Assembly (NCBI GenBank): GCA_041938985.1
Contig: JBGTUV010000002.1
Span: forward strand, 1-33,816
Direction: 5' to 3'
DNA length: 33,816 bases
Source: Candidatus Nitromaritima sp.
GTDB taxonomy: Bacteria > Nitrospinota > Nitrospinia > Nitrospinales > VA-1
Under the pieces are notes generated by a model. It had not been told where the DNA came from. It worked only from the letters and a program-made list of their open reading frames with translations, and searched no databases. Position 1 is the stretch's first letter; each line of letters starts with the position of its first letter. The translations under genes and the position numbers were made by a program. Positions 1 through 8,285 of this stretch are shown in pieces.

Positions 1-134
1 ACTTGTCCTCAATACGTTGCGATGCATAACTGCACATCGCCAATAATGGGCGCAAGGTACGCCTAATAAAATTATAAACAACGATTATTAAGCACTTATT
101 TGAAAATAAATAATTCCAATAGCGAAAGAGCCCT

Positions 135-680
135 CTAATTTTTATCAAGCATATTCTCGCCCGTCTGATCGTGAAAGAGGTCGTATTGTTGTAACTCCGG
201 GTAATACTTTCGAAATTCGTCTATAAATCCATAGATATGAAAATGCTTCCTGTTGGTTCCAATAATTGCCCCGATTACGGTTCCACATAACCCAAAAAAG
301 GTGCCTAAAACTACTGCCTTTTCTTCTTTGGTGAAACTAATAAACCCACTGTTATCATCGCCATCTATGTATCCTGCAATTGCACCCAAAGCTCCTCCGG
401 CGGCAAGCCCTCTTAGGGCTCCACGGGTAACAGCCCCTTTTCTACTGAGCTTTATCTTGGCTATATCCGCAGCTGCTATGACAACCAAACCAACTTTTTC
501 TAATCGTTTACTCGTATCAATTGTGACTCCATCATCGTCTACCTTTACAAGATAACCACGAACTCGAGTTCCGTCCATTTTTTTGACCACCACTTTATAG
601 ATGTTGAGCTTTTGTTGTTCTTGTCCGTAGGTAAAGCTGATGTTGAGCAGTAAAATCAGTAGTAAAAAAAACTTTGTCAT
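135..680 (-). CDS. hypothetical secreted/membrane protein with glycine-zipper-like segments
   Basis: Complete 181-aa ORF. It has an N-terminal hydrophobic signal-like segment (MTKFFLLLILLLNISFTYG) and Gly/Ala-rich zipper-like stretches (GLAAGGALGAIAGY, GLCGTVIGAIIG). No family recognised. Confidence 0.6.
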   Translation of the reverse strand: MTKFFLLLILLLNISFTYGQEQQKLNIYKVVVKKMDGTRVRGYLVKVDDDGVTIDTSKRLEKVGLVVIAAADIAKIKLSRKGAVTRGALRGLAAGGALGAIAGYIDGDDNSGFISFTKEEKAVVLGTFFGLCGTVIGAIIGTNRKHFHIYGFIDEFRKYYPELQQYDLFHDQTGENMLDKN

Positions 681-785
681 TACATCTTGTTTTTGTTAGT
701 GGATCTAAAGTAAGACCCCCTATAGAGATCGAATTCTCAAATAATGGCTACAAGATAAAATAGGACGTCCAGCGATAATTTCAGA

Positions 786-1919
786 CTAGCTTGCACACAC
801 CTTTTTCAGGTATTCTGTAGGGGTAGTCGCCGTAAATTTCTTGAAGGCGGCATAAAAGGTTGAGCGGGAATTAAAACCGCACTCCAGGCCAATGGCTACC
901 ATGGTATAGTTGTTAAAATTTGGATCTGCAAGGAGCTTTTTAGCCTGTTCTACGCGCAGGGAATTGATATAGTCTGAAAAGCTAAAGCCGCTGTGATTAT
1001 TTACCAATTTAGAAAGATGACTTGCACTTATGGAAAGGGTTTCTGCCAGAGAACTCATACTGAGTTCGGGTTCTAAATACTTCTTTTCTGAGACCACAAG
1101 GTCATGGACCTTTTTAAATTCTTCCCGATGCTTATCGTCTACATTGGAGGTCGCTATAGCTCCTATACCGATAAACTTGTTGCTGGTGGCAATGCGTTTG
1201 CGAAGCTGAATTCTGTCTTGTACAATATTGTACCGATACAAGCCCTGATAACCTATCCAATAAAGCAATACGGAGGTCCCTAAGCGCAATACACTGTATC
1301 CCCATTTGATGCCGAACATAAAATCCGCCATCTTGGCGAAAACCCAAAAGACCATCACCAATCCTCCCACCTTAAAGAAGAGTTTTAACCACTTAAGGTC
1401 GTCATAACTCAACATGGACTGATAGACATTCTCCCGTTTGAAAACCAATTCAATGGCCTTGTAAAAAATAGCGATGCTCAGGGCCAGATTAAAAATATCC
1501 TCTATCATCGTATACTGGCTAATCAGATCCGTGTCTTGACCAGGCACATTGTAATACACGTGATAGATCACCGCCGATCTGAGCAAGATCTCCGCCACAA
1601 ACACCACTATGGCAAATTTCACAAAACCAATAATGGTCTTATCTACTTCTAAGAAGTGAATAATAAAGGCATAGAACATGGGCAGGATAAAGAAATACCA
1701 TGGCACAAGCATATTCTTGATATAGAAGAGGTCCGAAGAATATCCAACCTCAATAAGCCATGCCTGCAGGTTATTCAATGAAATAAAGAGCACCACAAGA
1801 TTGAGGTATAAAACCACAATGCTAAAGCGCTTTCTAAACAACAAAGTCACCAGGTTGAAGATAAAACCCTGAATCACTCCTGCAATCAGCAAAAAATTGA
1901 CAATGGCATTAATGTCCAT
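786..1919 (-). CDS. membrane-anchored AraC-family transcriptional regulator
   Basis: 377-aa ORF. The N-terminal ~230 aa form multiple hydrophobic helices. The C-terminal ~100 aa show the typical AraC/XylS double HTH (SLAETLSISASHLSKLVN ... VAIGLECGFNSRSTFYAAFKKFTATTPTEY). Confidence 0.85.
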   Translation of the reverse strand: MDINAIVNFLLIAGVIQGFIFNLVTLLFRKRFSIVVLYLNLVVLFISLNNLQAWLIEVGYSSDLFYIKNMLVPWYFFILPMFYAFIIHFLEVDKTIIGFVKFAIVVFVAEILLRSAVIYHVYYNVPGQDTDLISQYTMIEDIFNLALSIAIFYKAIELVFKRENVYQSMLSYDDLKWLKLFFKVGGLVMVFWVFAKMADFMFGIKWGYSVLRLGTSVLLYWIGYQGLYRYNIVQDRIQLRKRIATSNKFIGIGAIATSNVDDKHREEFKKVHDLVVSEKKYLEPELSMSSLAETLSISASHLSKLVNNHSGFSFSDYINSLRVEQAKKLLADPNFNNYTMVAIGLECGFNSRSTFYAAFKKFTATTPTEYLKKVCAS

Positions 1920-2110
1920 TTATAGTTAGTTGGTGATAAACTAAAAGTAGTAAAATTATGTGGCAAGATACTTTGGCCCAAGTGCAATGACCTTAAAAAA
2001 GGTGTCCTAAATGATCGTTGGACAGCCAGAGTAGTGTATTTCTCCATTACTTTTCTCTGATTCACAACCACACAACAACGACCAACTGCTGAACCGATCA
2101 GTTACGATAA

Positions 2111-2140
2111 ATCAAAAAGCCCACCTAAAAAAGGTGGGCT
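2111..2140 (-). terminator. intrinsic terminator downstream of cassette-1 receiver gene
   Basis: Perfect 9-bp stem AGCCCACCT/AGGTGGGCT (2118-2126 / 2132-2140) with a 5-nt loop. On the minus strand it is followed by TTTTGATTT. Confidence 0.6.
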
Positions 2141-2221
2141 CCTGCGCATGCAAATCCAATTTTCACTAATCCTATATACTAATCAAAAAACGAGATCACA
2201 TGGCATGCGGGGATGAAATCT

Positions 2222-2662
2222 TTAAGAGGCTCTTTCGTCTATGATGTTGCCTTTGATCTTAGTCATGGCTTCACTTAGCTTGCCCACATTGAGAGGTTTG
2301 GTGATGTAGCCCTTACAAACGGGACTTTTAGCACTTCTGGCAATATCACGCGGGTCACTGGAAGAGGAAAGCATGATCACTTCTATATTGAACTGCTTAA
2401 ATACCGCCATGCGTTCAAAAGCAGCAAGTACTTGCCAGCCGTCAACTTCTGGCATATTAATATCTAGAATCACCACTTCTGGAATCACGCAATATCCTCG
2501 TTTAAAGTATCTGTTTAGTTCTTTAAAATACTTGATACCACTTGCTCCGTTGCAGAAGTAGGTAGTAAGTATAGACGGATCATAAGACTTTAGCATGCGT
2601 TTACTCACAAAGCGGTCTACCTTATTATCGTCTATGAGTACGACATGTTTAACACTTCTCAA
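2222..2662 (-). CDS. stand-alone response regulator receiver (CheY-like), cassette 1
   Basis: 146 aa. Receiver signature present: VLIDDN acidic pocket, phospho-acceptor context VVILDINMP, LSSS, and conserved Lys in YITKP. No output domain. The start overlaps the upstream kinase gene by 14 nt. Confidence 0.9.
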   Translation of the reverse strand: MRSVKHVVLIDDNKVDRFVSKRMLKSYDPSILTTYFCNGASGIKYFKELNRYFKRGYCVIPEVVILDINMPEVDGWQVLAAFERMAVFKQFNIEVIMLSSSSDPRDIARSAKSPVCKGYITKPLNVGKLSEAMTKIKGNIIDERAS

Positions 2663-3746
2663 AATACTTACTGGGTTTTGGATTAGGAATGGTCACGCTC
2701 AAATAGGAGCTTTGGTCTTGGTTCATCTCAAACTGAAGTTTTCCGTCAAGAAGTGATGCAATATTGCGAATCAAATAGACGCAAAGTCCCGGTGTTGATT
2801 CATTGGCAGATGTATATTCTTGAAGTCCGTCTGTACAAAAGGGATCTTTCGGGTTAGAGATAGCTCCATTAAATGCAAGTGTGATTATTGACTCTTTGCT
2901 ATTGGTTTTAATGCTGAGTTTCATTAGGTCGTTTTCTTGATCGTCGTCCGAACAGGAATACATTTGGACATAACGAACCATATTCTTAAGTAAAGAACCC
3001 AAGAGTTGCTCGTTAGAATAGAGAGTTGCTTCTAATTGAAGTTCCACATCTAGGTCGACCTTTTCAAAATAATCGGTCATTTGAAGCTTAGATACAGTAC
3101 TGTGCAACATCCGATCTACATCTATAGGCTCAATATTTCTGTAAGCCTTGGCAATGATGGAGATCATGGCCAGATCCTCTAAGAGTTGTTTGCCACTGTT
3201 TAAACTGGATTCCAAGAGGTCTACCAGATCCGAAGCATCCAAGCTCAGATCTTTTTGTCTGAGTAGCTGCAACAAACCTTGGGCCGAACAATACGGAGCC
3301 TTGAGATCATGAGAACACTGAAAGGACAACAAGTCTAAGGCCTTAGCCTTATTAATGAGATCAACTTCTAGGGCTCGCCTACGTGATATATCTATCATAA
3401 CAACGGTATAGACGAGCCCAGAGTTAGTATGCTGCGTGCGAAGTTCGAGTTCTAATGGGAACCGCGACCCATTTTTTTTCAATCCTGTGAACTCTTTAGT
3501 CTCGCTATGGTCTACCCCCATAGACACTTGCAGCATGTGGTCCAACTCTTGCGCTGAAGTTGATTTATTATTCGATGCTAAAAAATTGGCAAGTGGCTTC
3601 CCCATGACCTCGGCAGACTCAAATCCAAACTTGTGCATGGCACAAGTATTCCACTGCGCTATTCTTCCTTGGTCATTTAGGGATATGATCATTGCCACAT
3701 TGCCAACTTCCAAGATACTCTTGCCATTGTCCATTTCCCACTCCAT
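2649..3746 (-). CDS. PAS-domain sensor histidine kinase-like protein (atypical catalytic domain), cassette 1
   Basis: 365 aa. N-terminal PAS-like region (GRIAQWNTCAMHKFGFESAEVMGKPL ... KKNGSRFPLELELR). H-box SHDLKAPY. C-terminal region has an N-box-like LLKNMVRY but lacks canonical DxGxG and GxGLG boxes. Confidence 0.85.
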   Translation of the reverse strand: MEWEMDNGKSILEVGNVAMIISLNDQGRIAQWNTCAMHKFGFESAEVMGKPLANFLASNNKSTSAQELDHMLQVSMGVDHSETKEFTGLKKNGSRFPLELELRTQHTNSGLVYTVVMIDISRRRALEVDLINKAKALDLLSFQCSHDLKAPYCSAQGLLQLLRQKDLSLDASDLVDLLESSLNSGKQLLEDLAMISIIAKAYRNIEPIDVDRMLHSTVSKLQMTDYFEKVDLDVELQLEATLYSNEQLLGSLLKNMVRYVQMYSCSDDDQENDLMKLSIKTNSKESIITLAFNGAISNPKDPFCTDGLQEYTSANESTPGLCVYLIRNIASLLDGKLQFEMNQDQSSYLSVTIPNPKPSKYFEKC

Positions 3747-3787
3747 AATCCTTTACATCCTTTATTGGTCAAAAGTCTTGCTTCAAT

Positions 3788-4183
3788 TCACTTTACAAAC
3801 TGTTTGCAATACTCCAATGCTTCTTCTCGAGTACTACAGATCTTGTAAGGTGTTTTAGAATCGTAAATACGCTTAAAGGAGCGTATGGTCAATTTGGACC
3901 CGATTCTATTTGCCACAAATGCTTCTGCTACTCTTATCTTTTCGAGTTTCTTGCATTTGGCAAAATACTTGGCTGCAGCAATGGAATAACTACCTATGGC
4001 ATCCGTAACATCTATTAGAAACGGTGTTGGTTTATTTTCGCAGAGCGCATGTATGGTATCAACGTAGCGTTCCATAGCGGCAAGAGGCATGGTATGACAG
4101 ATATCCCTATTGTGAAATGTGATGAACAGGATATCTTGGTCACGCCAGAACTTTGCTTTCTCAAATACTACAGCTTGATTCAT
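3788..4183 (-). CDS. small conserved hypothetical protein (possibly STAS/SpoIIAA-like fold), cassette 1
   Basis: 131-aa ORF with a clear paralog at 9408-9818 (e.g. TPFLIDVTDA/TPFLIDMTRA, LTIRSFKRIYDSKTPYKICS/LTLRSFKRIYDPLIPYKICS). The fold assignment is a guess from size and alternating pattern only. Confidence 0.7.
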   Translation of the reverse strand: MNQAVVFEKAKFWRDQDILFITFHNRDICHTMPLAAMERYVDTIHALCENKPTPFLIDVTDAIGSYSIAAAKYFAKCKKLEKIRVAEAFVANRIGSKLTIRSFKRIYDSKTPYKICSTREEALEYCKQFVK

Positions 4184-4208
4184 AGTTGCCTAGTTATGAC
4201 TTCATTAA

Positions 4209-4224
4209 GGCCATAGTCGTACCA
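4209..4224 (-). promoter_or_regulatory. candidate sigma-54 type -24/-12 promoter (degenerate) for the 3788-2222 operon
   Basis: The minus strand reads TGGTACGACTATGGCC, with GG and GC at the canonical 10-nt spacing. It is positionally homologous to the better match at 9836-9851 (13/16 identical). It lies ~25 nt upstream of the ATG at 4183. Confidence 0.35.
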
Positions 4225-4298
4225 AAAAGCGCAAGGCGTGCCAAAAAAATATAAGTTATTCATTACTAGGGTTTTAATTTTGAAAAAAAATATTGCGC

Positions 4299-4331
4299 AA
4301 AAAAATTAGCCCACGGTTATCCGTGGGCTAA
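4299..4331 (-). terminator. hairpin plus T7 tract downstream of activator gene; contains an ACGG-N4-CCGT palindrome
   Basis: 11-bp stem TTAGCCCACGG/CCGTGGGCTAA (4306-4316 / 4321-4331) with loop TTAT. On the minus strand it is followed by TTTTTTT. The core palindrome ACGGTTATCCGT is at 4313-4324. Confidence 0.6.
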
Positions 4332-4350
4332 TTTTTTCAACTTAAGGTTG

Positions 4351-4366
4351 CCACGGAATACCGTGG
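4351..4366. promoter_or_regulatory. palindrome CCACGGAATACCGTGG abutting the activator stop codon (candidate enhancer-binding site or hairpin)
   Basis: Perfect inverted repeat with core ACGG-AATA-CCGT. Its centre is exactly 40 bp from the centre of the 4313-4324 palindrome. The same pair geometry recurs at 9945-9996. Confidence 0.45.
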
Positions 4367-7300
4367 TTAAATGGGGCGTTGTATTTTTAGTTTTTTCATG
4401 CGATCTCGTAGCGTACTGGGTTTCAACCCCAGACGATGTGCGGCTCCCGTTTCACCATCGATCACCCACTGACAATGCTCCAATACTTTTATGATATGAT
4501 CGCGCTGCACTTCATCTAGTGACAATGTTTGCTGCTGAATGGTTCTTTGCTGCGCTCCACCTACTGTTTGTCCAGGGGTCTCAAATTCCACAATTCTCAA
4601 AGTATCAGAATTACAAAGAATTACCGCTCGTTCAACAATGTTCTCCAGTTCACGAACATTACCCGGCCAGTCGTAGGATTTCATTTTACGCATGGTGGTG
4701 TCTGAGATGTACTGAATATTCTTTCGGTAGCTTTTACTGTATTTGTCTACAAAGTGCTCTACTAGAACAGGGATATCCTCCCGACGTTCACGCAAAGCGG
4801 GTACGTGTATTGGAAACACGTTTAACCTAAAGAACAGGTCTTCTCTAAATCGCTTTTTGGCCACCTCTTCTTTCAGATCTTTATTGGTGGCAGCTATTAC
4901 CCTAACATCTACTTTTCGAACTTTAGGGTCGCCAATCATCTCAATTTCTCCTTCTTGCAAAAAACGTAAGAGTTTTGGCTGCATACTCAAAGGCAATTCG
5001 CCAATTTCATCTAAGAACAAACTTCCTCCATCGGCAAGCTCTACTTTACCAATCTTATCGGCAATGGCCCCCGTAAACGAGCCTTTTTTATGTCCGAAGA
5101 GCTCGCTTTCTATCAGTTCTTGTGGTATAGCCGCACAGTTCACTTTAATCAAAGGTTTATTTCGCCTATCGCTCAAGTTGTGGACTGCGCGAGCCAACAG
5201 TTCTTTTCCCGTTCCGGATTCACCTAAAAGTAACACCCCTGCAGGGGTAGGTGCCACCTGCTCCAAATCTGTCAAGACCTGACTGAATGCCGCACTTCCA
5301 TAAACCATCTCCTCAAAATTAAAGACCATATCGAGCTCGTTTCTGAGGTATACGTTCTGGTCCTGCAACTGGTTCTTGAGCTTATTTAATTCCTTAAAGG
5401 CTTCTGACAATTCTTGGTTTACGGCCTGTAACTCTTTTTCTGCTTTTATGCGCTGCTGACTTTGGATGATCAATGACACCAAACTTGCAATGGAGGTCGC
5501 AAACTGCTCCTCTTCGGATTTCCACTGGCGAGCTTCTCCCACATGTTCAAAGCAAATAATCCCGTGGTCCTTCTTTAAACCTTGCACAAAAACATCCATC
5601 ATGGATGTGATACTATTGGGTATTAAATAATCTGTGGCAAAACTGCGTGTGGCTGGATGAGTCTGTGCAGCACTTACGGCTATGGTCTTATTTTGAGACA
5701 GTGAGTGAAAATACTCCGGATGGTCAACTCTTGTGAGTATCATACCTTCTTCATGCTCGTCTTCAGAGCGTTTGTATAGATCTTCACAAACGATCATCGA
5801 AAAGTCATCGTCCAACTTCCATACGCTTACTCGCTCAACTTCCAATATTTCAGCAGCCAAGGAGGTTATGCGTTGCAGAGCTGTCATATAATCACTGCCA
5901 ACTAAACCAGCTAGCTCAAGAATAGCTTGTTTCTTGCGATCGGATTGTTCTGCTAGCAAGGTCTTCTGCTCCATGAGTCGAACCTGATCTGAAATGTCTT
6001 GTATAGTGCAATAATGTGCTATGATATTGCCTTCTTTGTCTCTTATGACAGCACTTTGTGCAGAAATAGGAAACTTGACCCCATCTTTCTTTTGAAACTC
6101 GAAATACATCTGATCATCGGCCTTACCGGCAAGGACCTTATCCAAACAAGCGTTGAAAGCCTCTTTATTATCCTTGGGTAAGAAACCGAATGGCATCTGC
6201 ATTCCGAGTAATTCAGATTCTGTAAAACCAAGCATCTCACAAAAGGCCGGGTTGACATCTATGATCTTAGAATTCAGATCCATTACCATGAGCCCTTCGT
6301 GCAAGGAATTTATCAGTGAACTAGAGAACTCGTTGGCCAATCTTAGTTTATTCTCATACTGATAGCGTTCCGTTATATCTGAAATGGTGCCAATATGCGT
6401 CGTGACCTCACCCCTCTCATTGCGCAGGTGGGTAACAGAGATCCAAACTGGGAAACGCTCCCCATTCTTACGCATAAAGATGAGTTGAAATTGTTCGTCC
6501 TTTCCAGTTTTTAATTGACTAAAGGCTTCTTTGATCTCGTCTATATGTTCGGGAGGCCAATACGAATATGGCGGCTTCATACCTACAATCTCGCTTCGCT
6601 CCAACCCCAACATTTCGCAAAAGGCAAAATTAGTTTCCAAAAACTCACCGGAAACATCGATAATTGCAAGACCCTCTTGCAGCCCTTGAATGACTCGATC
6701 ACTGAATTCTTTTTGTTTTTCTAACAAGTTTTCGGAACGAGAAAGTTTACTGCGATCTCTAACAACACTGACGTTAGAAGAAACATTACCATTAGAATCG
6801 TATAAAACCGAAGTAGCTATGGAGACAGGGAAACGACTACCGTCTTTTCTAATAAAATTGGCGTCAAATGAGGACTGTGCAGAATCTTTGCCTGGCGCCC
6901 TCAGACTAATTAATTCCTCGAAGAACTCGCCCGCCCAATGATAAGGCGGCATTTGCCCCATAATTTCATGACGTTCGATTCCCGTCATCTCCAAATAAGC
7001 AGGATTAACATCGATACATTTTCCCTTGGGGTCTGTAATAACGATCCCATCGCTCATTCCGTGAATAAACTGCCCTTTAAGGTGTTGCTCCTTATTAAAG
7101 AGATCTATTATATCTTCAAGTGATCGCCTTTCTCTTACGGTTATGAGCACGTAGCCACGCGCAATGGCCTCACCTTTGTTCAACTCAGCAACCTGCCGCT
7201 CGCCATTGGCAGTAGTGAAGAATACCAACTTTGGGAAATTCCCAGTTTGTTGCGCCAATGAGCTACTGAATTGTTTGCGGTGTTTTTTATTTCTAAAGGT

Positions 7301-7510
7301 GTCGAGCAGTTTCCATTGCTCCTTAAGCAAGGCAGCAACTTTATGGCCGCTAAGAATCTCAAAAGCTTTGTTTGCAGCTAAGATCGCACCCGTTTTTAAC
7401 TCTAGTACTAGCAGAGCTGACCCAGCAGTATTGAAATACTTCTCTTGCGACTTACTAAGAAAATAAGTCGTAGGAATTTGTTTGGTCTTTTCTTTTTGCC
7501 CCTTTGGCAT
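4367..7510 (-). CDS. sigma-54-dependent transcriptional activator with multi-PAS and GAF sensory region, cassette 1
   Basis: 1047 aa. Contains repeated PAS-like units (e.g. [93 protein letters not shown]) and a GAF-like block. The AAA+ sigma-54 interaction domain shows Walker [24 protein letters not shown] (a GAFTGA-loop variant) and [10 protein letters not shown]. The C-terminus has a Fis-type HTH ([19 protein letters not shown]). Confidence 0.92.
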   Translation of the reverse strand: MPKGQKEKTKQIPTTYFLSKSQEKYFNTAGSALLVLELKTGAILAANKAFEILSGHKVAALLKEQWKLLDTFRNKKHRKQFSSSLAQQTGNFPKLVFFTTANGERQVAELNKGEAIARGYVLITVRERRSLEDIIDLFNKEQHLKGQFIHGMSDGIVITDPKGKCIDVNPAYLEMTGIERHEIMGQMPPYHWAGEFFEELISLRAPGKDSAQSSFDANFIRKDGSRFPVSIATSVLYDSNGNVSSNVSVVRDRSKLSRSENLLEKQKEFSDRVIQGLQEGLAIIDVSGEFLETNFAFCEMLGLERSEIVGMKPPYSYWPPEHIDEIKEAFSQLKTGKDEQFQLIFMRKNGERFPVWISVTHLRNERGEVTTHIGTISDITERYQYENKLRLANEFSSSLINSLHEGLMVMDLNSKIIDVNPAFCEMLGFTESELLGMQMPFGFLPKDNKEAFNACLDKVLAGKADDQMYFEFQKKDGVKFPISAQSAVIRDKEGNIIAHYCTIQDISDQVRLMEQKTLLAEQSDRKKQAILELAGLVGSDYMTALQRITSLAAEILEVERVSVWKLDDDFSMIVCEDLYKRSEDEHEEGMILTRVDHPEYFHSLSQNKTIAVSAAQTHPATRSFATDYLIPNSITSMMDVFVQGLKKDHGIICFEHVGEARQWKSEEEQFATSIASLVSLIIQSQQRIKAEKELQAVNQELSEAFKELNKLKNQLQDQNVYLRNELDMVFNFEEMVYGSAAFSQVLTDLEQVAPTPAGVLLLGESGTGKELLARAVHNLSDRRNKPLIKVNCAAIPQELIESELFGHKKGSFTGAIADKIGKVELADGGSLFLDEIGELPLSMQPKLLRFLQEGEIEMIGDPKVRKVDVRVIAATNKDLKEEVAKKRFREDLFFRLNVFPIHVPALRERREDIPVLVEHFVDKYSKSYRKNIQYISDTTMRKMKSYDWPGNVRELENIVERAVILCNSDTLRIVEFETPGQTVGGAQQRTIQQQTLSLDEVQRDHIIKVLEHCQWVIDGETGAAHRLGLKPSTLRDRMKKLKIQRPI

Positions 7511-7680
7511 AACAAACTAATTGCTAGCGCTGTAACAGCAATTAACGGCCAACAGTTTCTCTGTTCGCTTTGGTGTGGTTTTTCAGTTGGGTTTGCCCTG
7601 TTTTGCGGAAAGGGGGGATGTAATCAGGACAGGCCAAAGATAGTGCTTTTTACGAATTAACACCGAAAATCGGGCTCTTA

Positions 7681-7712
7681 GAAAAAATAAGCCCATCCTT
7701 TGCGATGGGCTT
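7681..7712 (-). terminator. intrinsic terminator downstream of cassette-2 receiver gene
   Basis: 9-bp stem AAGCCCATC/GATGGGCTT (7689-7697 / 7704-7712). On the minus strand it is followed by ATTTTTTC. Confidence 0.6.
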
Positions 7713-7853
7713 GTTTCAGCGTATTGGTCTTCTTTGTTCACTAATCTTAAAAACGTTTCCAAAAACGACCTGCTGGGCTGCGGGGATATGTCAATGAGTT
7801 TTAGCGAATTTAACTTTCCAAAACCCCGCATTAGAAACTACAATAAGGTCTGT

Positions 7854-8285
7854 TTAACCAGCCATAAAACCATTGCGTAAAATGGTTATAGCATTGGAGA
7901 GTTTTTCTATTGTCAAGGGTTTAACTATGTATCCCTTGCAAAACGGATTCACCTCACTACGCATGATATCTTCGTCATAATCTGAATTGGATAGAATGAT
8001 GACATCGATCCGATGCATATGAAACAAGCGCAGGCGCTCAAATTCTTCCAACACTTCCCAACCATTCATATCTGGCATACTCAAATCTAGGATGACCAAA
8101 TTTGGAATGGAGCGAAATTGGGGATTACTGTATTCGCTTAAACTGTTAAAGTAGGCCAAAGCACTACCACCGTTAGAAAAACAAGTGGTTTTAATACTCG
8201 GGTCAAAACACTTGATCAGATGCTTGCTTAAATAATGGGTTGTTCTGTTGTCGTCTATCAATACGATATGTTCTATGCTCCTCAT
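7854..8285 (-). CDS. stand-alone response regulator receiver (CheY-like), cassette 2
   Basis: 143 aa, a paralog of 2222-2662 (MRSIEHIVLIDDN, LVILDLSMPDMNGWEVL, CKGYIVKPL). Confidence 0.9.
   Translation of the reverse strand: MRSIEHIVLIDDNRTTHYLSKHLIKCFDPSIKTTCFSNGGSALAYFNSLSEYSNPQFRSIPNLVILDLSMPDMNGWEVLEEFERLRLFHMHRIDVIILSNSDYDEDIMRSEVNPFCKGYIVKPLTIEKLSNAITILRNGFMAG

Noticed and set aside
3471-3478. A8 (coding-strand) homopolymer in both kinase-like genes as a phase-variation or frameshift site
   Set aside because: The run is the same length and in frame in both paralogs (also at 9094-9101) and encodes the conserved LKKNG. Eight A residues is short for efficient slippage. There is no evidence of alternative-frame coding downstream.
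4229-4243. Second sigma-54-like match TGGCACGCCTTGCGC upstream of the cassette-1 small gene
   Set aside because: The TGGCAC box is perfect, but the TTGC element is 2 nt too close (N3 instead of N5). Only a fortuitous GC in GCGC falls at the right spacing. It has no counterpart in cassette 2. It is kept only as a note because it sits next to the positionally conserved candidate at 4209-4224.
4743-5282. Long antisense ORFs inside the large genes (e.g. 4743-5282, 10356-10676, 10698-10937, 15051-15428, 253-555, 24829-25137)
   Set aside because: They lie opposite well-supported CDSs with clear domain motifs. They have Ser/Leu/Pro-rich low-complexity translations typical of shadow ORFs, and no independent signals.
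7583-7831. 82-aa minus-strand ORF between the cassette-2 receiver and the cassette-1 activator
   Set aside because: It contains the terminator hairpin at 7689-7712 within its frame. It has no paralog in the equivalent position upstream of cassette 2 (13103-13646) and no recognisable motifs.
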